64,000 nucleotides of DNA from assembly GCA_965240325.2 (NCBI GenBank), contig OZ251227.1, positions 2,480,001 to 2,544,000 on the forward strand, in the 5' to 3' direction. The notes beneath the pieces were generated by a model that saw only the letters and a program-made list of their open reading frames with translations, was not told where the DNA came from and ran no database searches. The translations under genes and the position numbers were made by a program. Position 1 is the stretch's first letter. Every line of letters begins with the position of its first letter. This stretch comes from Rebecca billardiae RCC1528. Its lineage: Eukaryota; Protista; Haptophyta. Shown piece after piece: positions 53,239 through 64,000 of the stretch.

Positions 53239-53475
53239 TTCTCAAAATTATTCGAATATACTGCGTAGTACTCGGTCTCCACCAGCCCTGAGAAATCGCC
53301 CGCCCGCCGCGTCCCTTTTTTCATATTGCGATCGTCAAAGCAGACGATAATCATCTTTTATTATTATTATATTTGAAACATATTTTAATTATTATTATTA
53401 TATTTGAAATAAACGTGGCGGTTAGTGCCCGCACTGCGGGCTCCACGCTGCGCGCTCCGCCCTGCACCGCGGGCC
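53239..53475 (-). mobile_element. Terminal segment of the GGCC MITE family (copy 4)
   Basis: TCTCAAAATT..CGAA..ACTCGGTCTCC.CCAGCCCTGA..GCGGGCTCCACGCTGCGCGCTCCGCCCTGCACCGCGGGCC matches 3358-3499. Confidence 0.85.
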
Positions 53476-53683
53476 AGTATGCATAGTAGTACTGTAGTAG
53501 CTTAGGTCAGTCGTATAGTTACCGTCACGCGCGGCCGGCGCGGCGGCGCGCGCGAGCCTGCGGCTGCCGCGAGCGGGGCGGCGAGCCCCGACATTCCGAG
53601 CCGCGGCGGAGGTCGTCGCCGCCTGCGAAGCCCTGCGTCCGAAGACTCGCGGACCGCAATTCCGACGATTCGGAATCTCACAC

Positions 53684-56134
53684 TCACAACGCATCGACAA
53701 AGCAGAGCTGCTGGTCGGCGTCATTACTCCAGCCCGCCAGATCGTCGTGGTGGAGGACGTCCGATGACTCGTGGAAGTCGTCTGATAGCGATGAATACGA
53801 ATAATCGACGAACGTGACGTCGCCGCCGCGTGCGCGCGACGAGGTCGACGTCGAGGCGGAAGCCGCCGAGTGCTGCGAGTGCGACAGCTCGTCGTCCGAC
53901 GCGATCCCGTCGTCCGTCCGGCGGCGCAGTCCGGACGCGGCGGCGCGCGAGCCGACGCGCGCGCCTTCGCTGAAGGAGCGCTCGATGCCGTCGCTGAGCT
54001 CGAGCTCGCCCAGCAGCGCGCGCGGCTGGTTGGACCTCGACGCGCGAGGGCGCGCGCCTGCCAGCGCGCCCGCGGTCGCTCGGCTCGAGGGCGAGAGCGA
54101 GCGAGACAGGCCGCTGCTGCCGCCACTGCCCAGGCCGCGGCGCGTCGCGCCGTCGGCGGCGCCGCGCTTCTGCCGAGCGCCGGCGGGCGAGGCACTCGAC
54201 GGGAGCGCGCCCCCGGCGGTGCGCTTGCGCATCACCTGCTGCAGCGTGGGCGAGCGCATGAGCGCGCCGCTCGGGCTGGTGAGCACCTGCGTGCCGTCCA
54301 CCACCTTCCGCGCGTTCTTCGTGAAGAACGCCTTAATGGCCTGCAGCCGCTGCACCTCCGCACTCACATGGTACTGGTCCAGCAGGTAGCGCGCAGGCTT
54401 GATGAGCCGCGCGCGGATCAGCGCGGCGCGCGCGTGCCGCAGGGGGAGCACGATCGCCGTGCCGACGAGCTTGCCGGTCGCGGCGGCCGTCTCCATCGCC
54501 GGCCGCGCGGCCGCGAGCAGCGTCGACGCGCTGCCGCGCCAGCCGTCGAACAGCTGAGTGAGCAGCACACCGAGCGCGCGCGCGGTCGCGGCCGCCGAGC
54601 GTGCGGCGACCGCGACGGCCGCCAGCACGCGCGCGGCGGGCGCGGCGAGCGCGCTGATCGCGTCCATCGCGCCCGCCGTCGCGATCACCGCCGCGGTGAT
54701 TGCCTGCTCGACCACGACCGAGAGCGGCCCGAGGAGCACCTCCAGCGGCCGCAGGTACTGCAGCCAGAGCAGCGTGAACGACTGAAGGCCCCTGTTGAGA
54801 AACGAGAGCACCGCCTCGAGGTAGCGGTACAGCAGCCGCACGAACGGCGACAGCAGCTCGTGCAGCAGCGGCAGGTTGCGGTAGAGCTGCCAGCACGCCC
54901 ACACGATCGAGATCGCCGACCAGAGCGTCACGGAGAGCTCGATCGCGCGGCGCAGCGTGGGCGAGTACACTTGCGGCGGGATCAGCTTCACCCAGCGAGG
55001 GAGCGTGGTCAGGTGGAGGGGCGGCGCGCGGCCGAGGGCGCCGCTGCCGGCGGCGCCGCTCCCCACGCTCGAGGCGAAGGAGGCGGATGAGCGCCCGCCG
55101 CGCACGAGCCGGGCGGGCGGCGCGCGCCACGAGCCGCCCCCGCGCACCTCGTCGCCGCCCGACCCGCCCGCGCTCGGCTCGAGCAGAGGGGAGGCGGGCT
55201 CGCTCGGCAGGCTCAGCTCACGATCCTCGTCAAGTGGCGGCGGGCGGCCGCGGAAGGCGGGGGCGAAGCGGAGGCGCGGCGAGGGCTCGGGCGAGCTCGG
55301 CGAGCTCGGCTCGTAGGCCCCGCCCGCCGAGCACCGCCACGCCGCGCCCGGGGCGCGCCACGAGCCGTCGGGCGTCGAGGGCGTCCCGGCGGCCTCCGTG
55401 CTGCGCGAGACCGGGCTGCCGGCCGACGCGGAGGCGCTGCCGTCGCACGCGCCGTGCTCGCTGCCAGCGGCGGCGTGGGCCGGCTCCACGCAGTCGAGCA
55501 CGGGCGCGATGGCGCGCGTCGAGTGCCGCTCGGGCTCGGGCGGCTCGGCGCCGTGCTCGCGCTCGACGAAGCTCGCGCGCGCCCAAGCGAGCGCGGCGGC
55601 CGCGGCGGGCGGCGGCGTCGTGGGTGTCGGCGGCTGCGCGATGGACACGCGCCGGCTGGGTGGCTGCGAGGCGAAGGCGGGCTCCCCACGGAAGAGCGCT
55701 CGCACGAGTGGCGTCGTCGACTCCAGGTCGAACGTGCCGACGAGCAGCCTGAGCGTGCCCGCGGGCCTGAGCCCGAACACGCGCCGCTCCTGCTTGTGGT
55801 TCATGTCGCCGTACGCGTCGCGCGCATGCGTGTTCACCGGCGCGGCGGTGAGCAGCTCGACGGTGAGCGTGAGCAGCGGGCCGTGCGGCACGACGGGCAC
55901 GATGCTCAGATCGCTCGACGCCACCCGGCCGAACGAGGCCGACACATGTATGTCCCTGCGCGCGTAGTTGGGCGCGGTCTGCACCACCTGCCAGCGCAGC
56001 ACGCCCTCATCCAGGTCGATGTACGCGGTGAGCGAGGTCTTGGCGGAGGTGTGGAAGTGGGGCCGCACCAGCCCCATCTTCAGGCTGACTGGCGCCAGCT
56101 CCACCCGCCCGGCGCCCTCCCGGTCCGCTAGCAT
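53684..56134 (-). CDS. Hypothetical membrane-associated protein
   Basis: Long ORF from the ATG at 56134; globular N-terminus, S/P-rich linker, hydrophobic segment (LWSAISIVWACWQLYRNLP). Confidence 0.7.
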   Translation of the reverse strand: MLADREGAGRVELAPVSLKMGLVRPHFHTSAKTSLTAYIDLDEGVLRWQVVQTAPNYARRDIHVSASFGRVASSDLSIVPVVPHGPLLTLTVELLTAAPVNTHARDAYGDMNHKQERRVFGLRPAGTLRLLVGTFDLESTTPLVRALFRGEPAFASQPPSRRVSIAQPPTPTTPPPAAAAALAWARASFVEREHGAEPPEPERHSTRAIAPVLDCVEPAHAAAGSEHGACDGSASASAGSPVSRSTEAAGTPSTPDGSWRAPGAAWRCSAGGAYEPSSPSSPEPSPRLRFAPAFRGRPPPLDEDRELSLPSEPASPLLEPSAGGSGGDEVRGGGSWRAPPARLVRGGRSSASFASSVGSGAAGSGALGRAPPLHLTTLPRWVKLIPPQVYSPTLRRAIELSVTLWSAISIVWACWQLYRNLPLLHELLSPFVRLLYRYLEAVLSFLNRGLQSFTLLWLQYLRPLEVLLGPLSVVVEQAITAAVIATAGAMDAISALAAPAARVLAAVAVAARSAAATARALGVLLTQLFDGWRGSASTLLAAARPAMETAAATGKLVGTAIVLPLRHARAALIRARLIKPARYLLDQYHVSAEVQRLQAIKAFFTKNARKVVDGTQVLTSPSGALMRSPTLQQVMRKRTAGGALPSSASPAGARQKRGAADGATRRGLGSGGSSGLSRSLSPSSRATAGALAGARPRASRSNQPRALLGELELSDGIERSFSEGARVGSRAAASGLRRRTDDGIASDDELSHSQHSAASASTSTSSRARGGDVTFVDYSYSSLSDDFHESSDVLHHDDLAGWSNDADQQLCFVDAL

Positions 56135-56300
56135 CGCCGCAGCCGGCCGGCGAGGGATGCTGCTCTCGTCGAGCTGGCGTGGGCTGCTGCCGTGTGTGCG
56201 GCTTGTGCGCTGGCCAACCGCTCGCTGCCGATTTTTCGCTGCTGTCGTGATTTTCGCGCCGCGGCGAGAAAATGTCGTAACTCGCCGGGGCTTGCCCACG

Positions 56301-57348
56301 ATGACGCTCGTCGGGGGCGTGCTGCGTCGCCTCTCGACGCAGGCGGCGCTGGCGGCGGTGCGCAACGCGCCGGCGGCCCCCGCGCCTGAGGCGCTGAGCG
56401 CCCTCGCGCGCGACTGGGCGCCCCGGAGCCGACGCACCGGCGTGATCGGGCGGAAGGCGGGCATGATGTCCGTCTGGGACAAATGGGGCGAGATGCGCCC
56501 AATCACAGTCGTCGAGCTGCAGGACAACGTCGTCGTGCAGGCGAAGACGATGGGGAAGGAGGGGGTCGACGCGGTGCAGGTCGGCGCGGGCTGGCAGAAG
56601 CAGAAGCGCGTGCGCAAGTCTGAATGGCGCCACTTCGAGCTCAAGGGCATCGAGCTCAAGCGCGACGTGGGCGAGTTCCAAGTGAGCGCAGACGCCGTGC
56701 TGCCCGTGGGCACGCGCATCGTGGCGCGGCACTTCGCGCCGGGGCAGCTGGTGGACGTGCAGGGCACGACCAAGGGCAAGGGCTTCGCCGGCGTGATGAA
56801 GCGCCACGGCTTCAAGGGCCAGCCCGCCTCACACGGCGTGACGAAGGCGCACCGCAAGCCCGGCTCCAACGCGGGCGGCACCAACTCCTACACGGGCGGC
56901 AAGGTGATCAAGGGGAAGAAGATGCCGGGGAACATGGGGAACAAGACGGTGACGACGAAGAACGTGCGCGTGTACAAGGTGGACGTGCCGCGCAACCTCC
57001 TCTTCCTCCTCGGCAGCATACCCGGCGCGGAGGGCGGCGTCGTGCGCGTCACAGACGCAAAGTCTTGCAAACGGCTCGTGCCGGAGGGAGCGGACCCGCC
57101 GCCGTTCCCAACCTTCCTGCCGGACGACGCGAGAGAGGACGTGCGCGCAGCGCCGGGCCCGCCCAGCCCCCTCCGCGCGCGCGCGCTCGCTGCCCCTGCC
57201 CGCGGCGTGCACCATCCGACCACGCTCCGTGTGCGCGCGCCCACCCGCCGCCCCACTCCCCGCCGCCGCTGCGCCGCACGCACAGGACCCGTCTGAGCTC
57301 GTGATGCCGGAGGCAGAGGTGGATCCGTTCAACTACGAGCAGGCGTGA
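56301..57348 (+). CDS. MRPL3: Mitochondrial ribosomal protein uL3m; intron 57141-57285
   Basis: RRTGVIGRKAGM, HFAPGQLVDVQG.TKGKGFAGVMKRHGF, KGKKMPGNMG, PPFPT; presequence-like N-terminus. Confidence 0.93.
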
Positions 57349-57934
57349 TAGCCAAGCGGTGGCATGGTTGGGCTGTACGGGCATGTCGCGCGCGACCCGC
57401 GGCGCCGCCCGGATCCGACTGCCCGGACGCTCGTCACCGCGCGGCCACCGACTGTCCGACATCAGCCTGGCGCCGCCCTGACGATGTTGATTGATGATCG
57501 TCGTCCGACGACTACTGTGAGGAGCAGCGAGTAGTTATCATCGTTATCGATGATCTATCTGATGCATGTATGCGCTGTAGTCATCCGACTGCGCTAGATA
57601 TCGCCGCCCCCACTGGTCACACCCGCCAGTAGTCGTCACCCCACCCGCCAGGCCGCCGGCAGGCTGAGGCGGGCTGCCACGGGCACCCGTGGGCCACGGC
57701 GCGGCCGCGGGCCGGCACCCGGCCCCGCGTTACCCGTACGGCCGCACGTGAGAGTTCCGCCGGCGGCCGGATCGGATTCGCTGCTACTGGCGGTATGATG
57801 ACGAGTACGTTGCTAATGCTAGACACTGCTGTTCCGGTGAGTCACTGTTCGCGAGTGGTCTACGTACTGCATGATGCTCATCATCTGTATGGCCGCTGAG
57901 AGAAACGTCTGGCAGGCTAGCTACGAGTAGTAAG

Positions 57935-60900
57935 CTACGAGAGCTCGAAGCCCGAGTTGGAGTGGATGGCGGTGCGCAGCTTGTCGCGCAGCAGCTTCTT
58001 GCTGCGAAAGTCGGGCAGCTTGAGCAGGTTGAAGCACGTCGCGGCGGTCGGCAGCCGCTCGCGCTCGGCCGGTGTGAGGCCGACCAGGGTGAGCACCCCG
58101 CTGAGCGCGCTGCGCGCCTCGCCGCCCGCGGCGACGCACTGGATGGCAAACGGCGGCTCGAGGTTGGCAAAGCCGAGCAGCGGCGGGCGCGAGCACGCGG
58201 TGACGAACTTGAGGAAGGCCTTGCGCTCCGCGGCGTCGAACTCGGCGAGCACCTGCCACAGGTGGCGCACGGTCGGGCTGAGATCGTGGTACCCTCCGTG
58301 GTACCGGGTGTGCCGGCGCAGGTCGTCCACGTCGATCTCGACGTCATCTCCGACCAGCAGCCGCACCGCCTCGGGCGCGGAGAAGAGCCGGAGCCAGCCC
58401 GGCTGCAGGCAGTCGACGAGCCCGCGGTGCAGCGCGCGCGCCTGCGACGAGACCTGCTTGTTCAGGTGGTAGTCTGCCACCAGGTGCACGTACTGAATCC
58501 GGTTGGCGTTGTCCACGGGCACCGCCGCGCCGCCCGGCTTCAGCTCGACCTGCCGGCGCGCGCCCAGCTCGTCCACGTCGATGGCGAAGCTGAGGCACAG
58601 GTCGGCCTCGACGTCGCCGGCGTAGCCCTTGACGCAGAGCAGCGAGGAGTGCAGCTGCGCGTCGAGCTGCGGCAGCTCGTCCAGCGAGTTGGCGCCGCCG
58701 AGCGCGCGCCGCACGAAGAAGGGCGCCAGCGGCACGTCGAGCGTCACGCCCTCGTACAGCGCCTTGCCCAGGATGCGGCCGACGAATTCAAATAGCGCCT
58801 CGTGCTGGGGGTGCAGCGCGGCCGCGTGCGGACTGGCGTAGAGCAAGCCGTCGGCGGTGCTGGCGAAGAGGCCGAGGTTCGCGTCGAAGGCGGCGCGCGT
58901 CGTCTCCTCCATGAACTCTTTGAAGACGCCGTTGTGGTCGATGCCCGCCTCCGCCGTGCCGAGCGCCGAGACGAACTTGACGCGGAGCACGTGCCGCAGC
59001 GCGCCGCGCGGCTGGCGCGCGAGCTGCGCGTAACCGTCTTGTAACAGCTCGGCGCGGCGCACGACGATGAGCAGCTCGGGCGCGGTGCGCGGGCGCTCGG
59101 CGGAGCCGTCGCCGCCGCGCACGCGTAGCTTGTCCGCGCGCACCAGCGCGCGGAAGATCTCGACGCGCCGCTCGAAGGGCAGCGCCCACGGCATCTGGCA
59201 CAGCGCGCCAAGCGCGGGCGCCGAGCCCGCCAGTGCCTCGGCGCCCAGCTGCTGCGCCCGCGCGCCCACGAGCCACGCCGTGTCCGAGCAGATGGGCTGG
59301 CGCTCGTGTCTCTCGCGCAGCTCGCGCAGCAGCTCGAGAAGCGGCTGCGTCAGCCCGCTCGCGCCGCCGCCGCCCGCGGGCGCGGCGCACACGCACTCCC
59401 ACGCGAGCGGGTTGAGCGCTCGGACGATCGCGCCAAGCTCGGCGGTGCAGAATCGGCGGCGTGTTCCGTCGTCCGCGAGCGCCGCCGACTCGAGCTCCGA
59501 GTCCTCGAGAGTGGGCAGTAGGACGGCCATGGCGCGCGCGAACAGCTCGAGCGCGCGCAGCGTTGGCCCGCTCGCGCCGGGCCCCGAGCCGCCGCCCAGC
59601 GCCGAGCCGAGCAGCGACGACCACAGCGCGCCCGCGCCGCCGCCCGCGCCGCGCGCCTCGCGCAGTCGTGGACCGAGCGCGCGCGCCCATAGCCTCGAGA
59701 GCAGGAGCGTCGGATACGCGAGGGCGGAGAGAAGCTCGGCGCGTCGCGCGGGCAGCGCGGCGAGCGCGTGCAGGTACAGCTCCACCGCGTCCTCCGGCAG
59801 CGCCACCGCCGGCGCGGACGCCTCCTCCTCGGCGCGGGCGCCGGCCTCGCCGGTGAGCGACGCAGCGAGACTCGACCCGAAGAGCCAGCTGACAGTTGGC
59901 GCGGCTGACAGCCCGCTGATCTGGCGCTCGATGGCGTGCGCGTGCGCGCGGCACGCCGAGCCGAGGTCGAGGGAGGAGCTCACCCAGCCGAGGAGCGGGT
60001 GGTACGCCCGCGAGCCGCCCGGACCCCCGCCGCCGCCGTCCGCCGGCTGCGCCGAGCGCAGCGTCTGCAGTCCATGCCGCGCCGCGCGCGCGAGCGCGTG
60101 AGGCAGCGACGGCGCGACGGCGGGCGGCGGGGCGGGCGGGGCGGAGGACGCTGCGCGCGTGGCGAGCGCGAGCGCGTTGCCGACGAGCCCAAGGGCGCTC
60201 GGCCCGTCGAGCTCGAGCGCCGCCGGCCCCGCACCCGCCGCGGACCCCGCCGGCGCGGCGTACGCGCCCGCGAGCGCGGCGCAGCACGCGCCGTGCACGC
60301 GCGCCCAGAGGGCCGCGGGGAGTTCCGCGGCCGCGCGGTCCACCAGCGCGGGCACGGCGAGGAGGTGGCGGGCGAAGTGCGCGCACGCGGCGGCGCGCGG
60401 CGGCTCGGCGCGCTCCGCGCGCAGCGGGCGCACGCCGAGCGACAGCGCGCCCGTCAGCACCGGCGCCGAGAGCGGGCCGGACTCGAAAAGTCCGGCGAGC
60501 GCGCCGAGCGCGCGCGCGAGCGCGCCGCTCGACGCGAGCGAGCTCAGCTGCGCCTCGGCAAAGGCGGCGAGCTCGGCGCGCGTGGCGTCGGCGGCGGGGG
60601 CGGCGGACCACGTGCGCGCGTCGGTGAGCACCAGGCACAGCCGCACGGGCGGGCCGAACGTGCGCGCCGCCTCGGCCGTAGCCGCGGACGGCGCGGGCGC
60701 GCCCGCCGCTCGCGCGCGCCGCTGCGCCCTCGCCGCGCACTCCACCGCGCGCAGGCAGGCGCCGAGCAGCGGTCGGAGCTGCGCGCGCCAGCGGTCGGCG
60801 TGCGTGGGGCTCAGCGCGGCCGCCGTGTACGCGCACCTCGCGCCCGCGCTCGCGCCGCCCTCCGCCGCGCCCTTCGCCCCGTCCATCGAGGCGAGAAGGC

Positions 60901-61252
60901 AGAGCGTCAGCGCGCGCAGCCTCGGGTCGTCGTCGGCGTCGTGGGCGGCGGCGGCGTGGGCGTTGGAGGCGGCGTGGCGCGAGATCGCGAGGTAGCGATC
61001 GACGAGCGAGACGAGCGCCTCGCACCGAGCCGGCGGTGTCTCGGGCACCGCCCACTCAGCCTCGAGCCGGCGCGCGAGCTGTCGGCGCGCGCGGTGCCGC
61101 CGGAGCAGGCGAGTGATGACGAGGCTTGCCGCGTGATTGGCGGCGGTCTGGCCCTGGTTGGCGCGCGCCGAGCGGGCCTCCTTGGCGCGTCGGAGGACCT
61201 CCTGCTTCGACTGGGCCTTGCCCGAAGGGAGCGAGCCGCCCAGGAAGCTCAT
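57935..61252 (-). CDS. HECT E3 ubiquitin ligase, UBE3B/UBE3C (UPL6/7)-like
   Basis: IQ-like N-terminus; PFERRV.IFR, EAGID..GVFKEF, GKALYEG, LPTAATCFNLLKLP, SGFELS. Confidence 0.93.
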   Translation of the reverse strand: MSFLGGSLPSGKAQSKQEVLRRAKEARSARANQGQTAANHAASLVITRLLRRHRARRQLARRLEAEWAVPETPPARCEALVSLVDRYLAISRHAASNAHAAAAHDADDDPRLRALTLCLLASMDGAKGAAEGGASAGARCAYTAAALSPTHADRWRAQLRPLLGACLRAVECAARAQRRARAAGAPAPSAATAEAARTFGPPVRLCLVLTDARTWSAAPAADATRAELAAFAEAQLSSLASSGALARALGALAGLFESGPLSAPVLTGALSLGVRPLRAERAEPPRAAACAHFARHLLAVPALVDRAAAELPAALWARVHGACCAALAGAYAAPAGSAAGAGPAALELDGPSALGLVGNALALATRAASSAPPAPPPAVAPSLPHALARAARHGLQTLRSAQPADGGGGGPGGSRAYHPLLGWVSSSLDLGSACRAHAHAIERQISGLSAAPTVSWLFGSSLAASLTGEAGARAEEEASAPAVALPEDAVELYLHALAALPARRAELLSALAYPTLLLSRLWARALGPRLREARGAGGGAGALWSSLLGSALGGGSGPGASGPTLRALELFARAMAVLLPTLEDSELESAALADDGTRRRFCTAELGAIVRALNPLAWECVCAAPAGGGGASGLTQPLLELLRELRERHERQPICSDTAWLVGARAQQLGAEALAGSAPALGALCQMPWALPFERRVEIFRALVRADKLRVRGGDGSAERPRTAPELLIVVRRAELLQDGYAQLARQPRGALRHVLRVKFVSALGTAEAGIDHNGVFKEFMEETTRAAFDANLGLFASTADGLLYASPHAAALHPQHEALFEFVGRILGKALYEGVTLDVPLAPFFVRRALGGANSLDELPQLDAQLHSSLLCVKGYAGDVEADLCLSFAIDVDELGARRQVELKPGGAAVPVDNANRIQYVHLVADYHLNKQVSSQARALHRGLVDCLQPGWLRLFSAPEAVRLLVGDDVEIDVDDLRRHTRYHGGYHDLSPTVRHLWQVLAEFDAAERKAFLKFVTACSRPPLLGFANLEPPFAIQCVAAGGEARSALSGVLTLVGLTPAERERLPTAATCFNLLKLPDFRSKKLLRDKLRTAIHSNSGFELS

Positions 61253-61364
61253 GCTCGCCGGTGGGCGGGGCGATGCCGCGTCTGGATTGTGGGCGCGGAC
61301 TCCGGTGCGGCCGGAGCTCACCTGCGGCTGGTGTGCGCGATGGCTGCCGCAGGCTTGATGCACG

Positions 61365-63315
61365 ATGCGCAGTGAGCTGCTCCTCGTCATCGGCCTGCTC
61401 GCGCTTGCGGCCCTGTGGTCGAGCGTCGAGCTGTACGCCGCCTTCATCCACCGCGGCGCGCCACGCGAGGTCTCGGAGAAGCAAGCCGTTCAGTCCTGCA
61501 CCGAGCTGCTGCTGAGCACCGGCTGCCGCCCTGAGCTGCCGCTCGAGTGCCGCGCGCTGTGCGCGTCGGAGCCGTCCGTGGAGAAGGGCGCCGGCGCGAG
61601 CGCCGCCCGCCCATCGACCTCGCCACTGAACGGCAGCGCGGCGAACGAGCGCTCTGCAAGCGGCCTGGCGGGCAACGCCAGCGGCGTGCCCGCTGCTGAG
61701 GACCCGTCTGACGCCGGCGCGGACGAGGAGGCGGATGCGGACTCGGACTCGGACTCGGACGCGGACGCGGCCGCGGACCCGGCCGCTGACGAGGACTACG
61801 GGGCCGACCGTCCGCCCCCCGCGCGCAACCTCACGCGCTGCGCGCAGCGCGTCGAGGCGGGCGCGTGCTTCTCAGACCCGGTGCGGATGCTGCGCCGCTG
61901 CCGGGACGACTGCGTGCCGTACCGCGGCCTGCCGCGCGAGATCAGCCGGTGGAGGGCGCCGCGCGAGTGCTTCGCGAACGGCGCCCCCGGGCTGGTCCGG
62001 CACGACGGGCTGCCCGCCGTCGACCCCGTGGGCTACGTCCAGCTCGTCGGCGGGCGCGAGCAGATGAACAAGCACCGCTTCCTCGTGCTCGATGGGCTGT
62101 TCTACGCGCACGCGCTCAACCGCACTTTTGTCGAGCCCGCCGTGGCGAACTCGCGGCTGGTGGAGTCGCCGCGGCGGGCGCGGGAGCTGCTCGGCTCGTC
62201 GGAGACGCTCGGCTTCGGCTCGTACTGGGAGATGGACTCCCTGTGCGCCTTCCACCGCACGATCGACCTCGTCGCGTTCACGAGGCTCAATGTGCGCGCT
62301 GCTGCCTGCCGCCCGCGCCGCCGCACGCGCCGCCGCACGCGCTGGGTGCCACCCTCCCCTCCCCGTGCCCGCTGCCGGGGCAAGCACGGGCGTGGCGCGG
62401 GGCGGCCGCTGTGGGAGGCCGCAGGGGCACCCCTGGCCCGGCCTGCCACGGCGCGTGCGCGCGGGGCAGCGGCTCACCCCTCACCCTCGCCCTCGCCCTC
62501 CCCCCCCCCCCCCGCGCGCGCAGGAGGCCAACGCCCTGCGCTCCGTCCTCGTGCTCCCGCGCACGGCGCGCGAGACGCGGATCGGTGGCATCAACCTCGA
62601 GACGGAGCGGCAGGTGCAGGCTGCGTTCGAGCCGTTCACAGAGTACAAGCTGATCCAGCTCGACACGTTCTACCGCTCGTCGCTGCTCCGACCCGTCGCG
62701 CTGCGGCTCTCGCCCAAGATCGAGGCGTTCGCCAAGCGGCAGGCCAAGTCGTTCATGGGCGCCAAGTACATGGCGGTGCAGTGGCGCTCGGAGACGGTGG
62801 CGCGCGACCGGTGGGAGCCGTGCGTCGAGTACGTGTCCGCGGTGGTGCAGCGCATCGCGTCGCGGCTGCGCTTCGGCGGCATGCAGATTCTGCTGATTTC
62901 GGACGTCTTCCCGGACACTTCCGACACCGACTTCCGCGGGCCGAGCGCGCGGCTCGCCGCGCTGCGCAAGTTCGAGGAGAAGATGCCGGGCATCATCTCG
63001 CAGCCGATCCACCCGGCGATCGCGATGATCGCCGACTCGGGGATCAAGGCGATCGTCGAGCAGTACCTCGCGATCAACGCGCCCTACTTCTTCGCCGCGT
63101 CGATGGGGGAGACGAACAAGGTGGTGGGCGAGGGCGGCACGTGCGCCAAGCCGGGCTCGGGCTTCGTCGACACGATCGTGCGCGAGCGGCTGGAGCGCGG
63201 GCTGAAGAGCTACCCGCTGCTGCACGTGCGGCTCACCAACGCGGCGGGCAAGGTGATCGAGTCGTTCGGCGGGCCGAACGTGGGCGAGACGACGGTGCAG
63301 CGGCCGCGGAGGTGA
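61365..63315 (+). CDS. Type II membrane O-fucosyltransferase-like (GT-B) protein with a small Cys-rich module; intron 62292-62523
   Basis: Signal anchor; A.ALNRTFVEP, YMAVQWR, LISD, AIVEQYL...APYFF..S, F...I.RER; phase-0 GTGCGC..GCAG intron joins the two ORFs. Confidence 0.72.
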
Positions 63316-63560
63316 CCAGGTGGTGGGCGGTGGAGGGTTGAGACCCGGCGGCACGGTTGCTCGAGCTGACGTCTAACGTCAGGTCGCAGGCACAGCCAGT
63401 CAGCCACAGACGCCTCCCATCGTCAGTATTGGCGCTCGATCGCCCATCAATAATGAAATGAATAACCAATAACTACATCATCCAATATAACATTTCCAAC
63501 GTGCTTTTCTGAATTTCCACCTGACGAGACTGCGGAGAAGTCCGCACAAGCGACACAAGG

Positions 63561-64000
63561 ATGGCGGCCGACACGTCCGGCACGGCCGAATCATCAGCGC
63601 AGCAGCTGCGCCACCGCGCAGGGGCGGCGCGCCCAGCGGCCAGGCGCCTGCCGCGCGCGGACTCGAACGAATCCGAGCTTGGCGACACCGATGGCGACGT
63701 GAGCGCCGACGAGACGGACCGCAGCCTGCACGCACCGGCGGCGTCGTCGTCGAAGGAGCCCAAGTGGCGGCGCGTGGCCGTGCGCGCCTTCTCCGCGTGG
63801 TGCATGACGGCGGCGGCGCTGGTGATCCTCTACCTCGGCCACCTCGCCGTGTGCACCCTCGTCTTCGCCATCCAGGTGATGATCTTCAAGGAGGTCACGA
63901 TGGTGCGCTACCGGACGGAGAAGTCGTCCGAGGTCCCAATGTTCCGGACGATCCAGTGGCTGTGGTTCGCGGTGGCGATCTTCTTCAGCTACGGCGACGC
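63561..64000 (+). CDS. CDS1: Phosphatidate cytidylyltransferase (CDP-DAG synthase), 5' part
   Basis: KWRRVAVRAFSAWCM...ILYLGH...LVFAIQ..IFKEV...P.FRTIQW.WF. Confidence 0.85.
   Translation, partial: MAADTSGTAESSAQQLRHRAGAARPAARRLPRADSNESELGDTDGDVSADETDRSLHAPAASSSKEPKWRRVAVRAFSAWCMTAAALVILYLGHLAVCTLVFAIQVMIFKEVTMVRYRTEKSSEVPMFRTIQWLWFAVAIFFSYGD

Noticed and set aside
3673-63315. Functional clustering of ubiquitin genes (UBX, F-box, HECT) or glycan genes (sulfotransferase, glycosyltransferases, WSC)
   Set aside because: These are large families interspersed with unrelated housekeeping genes; no evidence beyond chance

Overview
Eukaryotic, very GC-rich, gene-dense nuclear DNA with short spliceosomal introns (mostly GTGCGC/GTGAGT donors, YGCAG acceptors). 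An FKBP with signal peptide, transit peptide and twin-arginine signal points to an alga with a complex red plastid; a haptophyte is my inference. About 22 protein genes are supported, including a UBX protein, a giant TPR-CHAT protease, TMEM222, IMP1, a lysyl-endopeptidase/WSC fusion, a sulfotransferase, a methyltransferase/F-box/RCC1 fusion, BiP, a NEK-RCC1 kinase, a bacterial-type double glycosyltransferase, mitochondrial L3, a HECT E3, an O-fucosyltransferase-like protein and CDP-DAG synthase. Most are arranged as tight head-to-head pairs. Several unannotated TIR elements are visible: a GGCC...GGCC family with AT flanks, and a nested cluster at 43.7-49.0 kb. The best candidate for a new system is the TPR-CHAT gene. 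Its 36 x 120-bp repeats have a near-invariant framework but vary at the TPR groove codons, and they are fused to a caspase-like domain with an intact His/Cys dyad, resembling a diversifying receptor-protease. No tRNA, rRNA or CRISPR array was seen. All assignments come from motif reading only; no searches were run.
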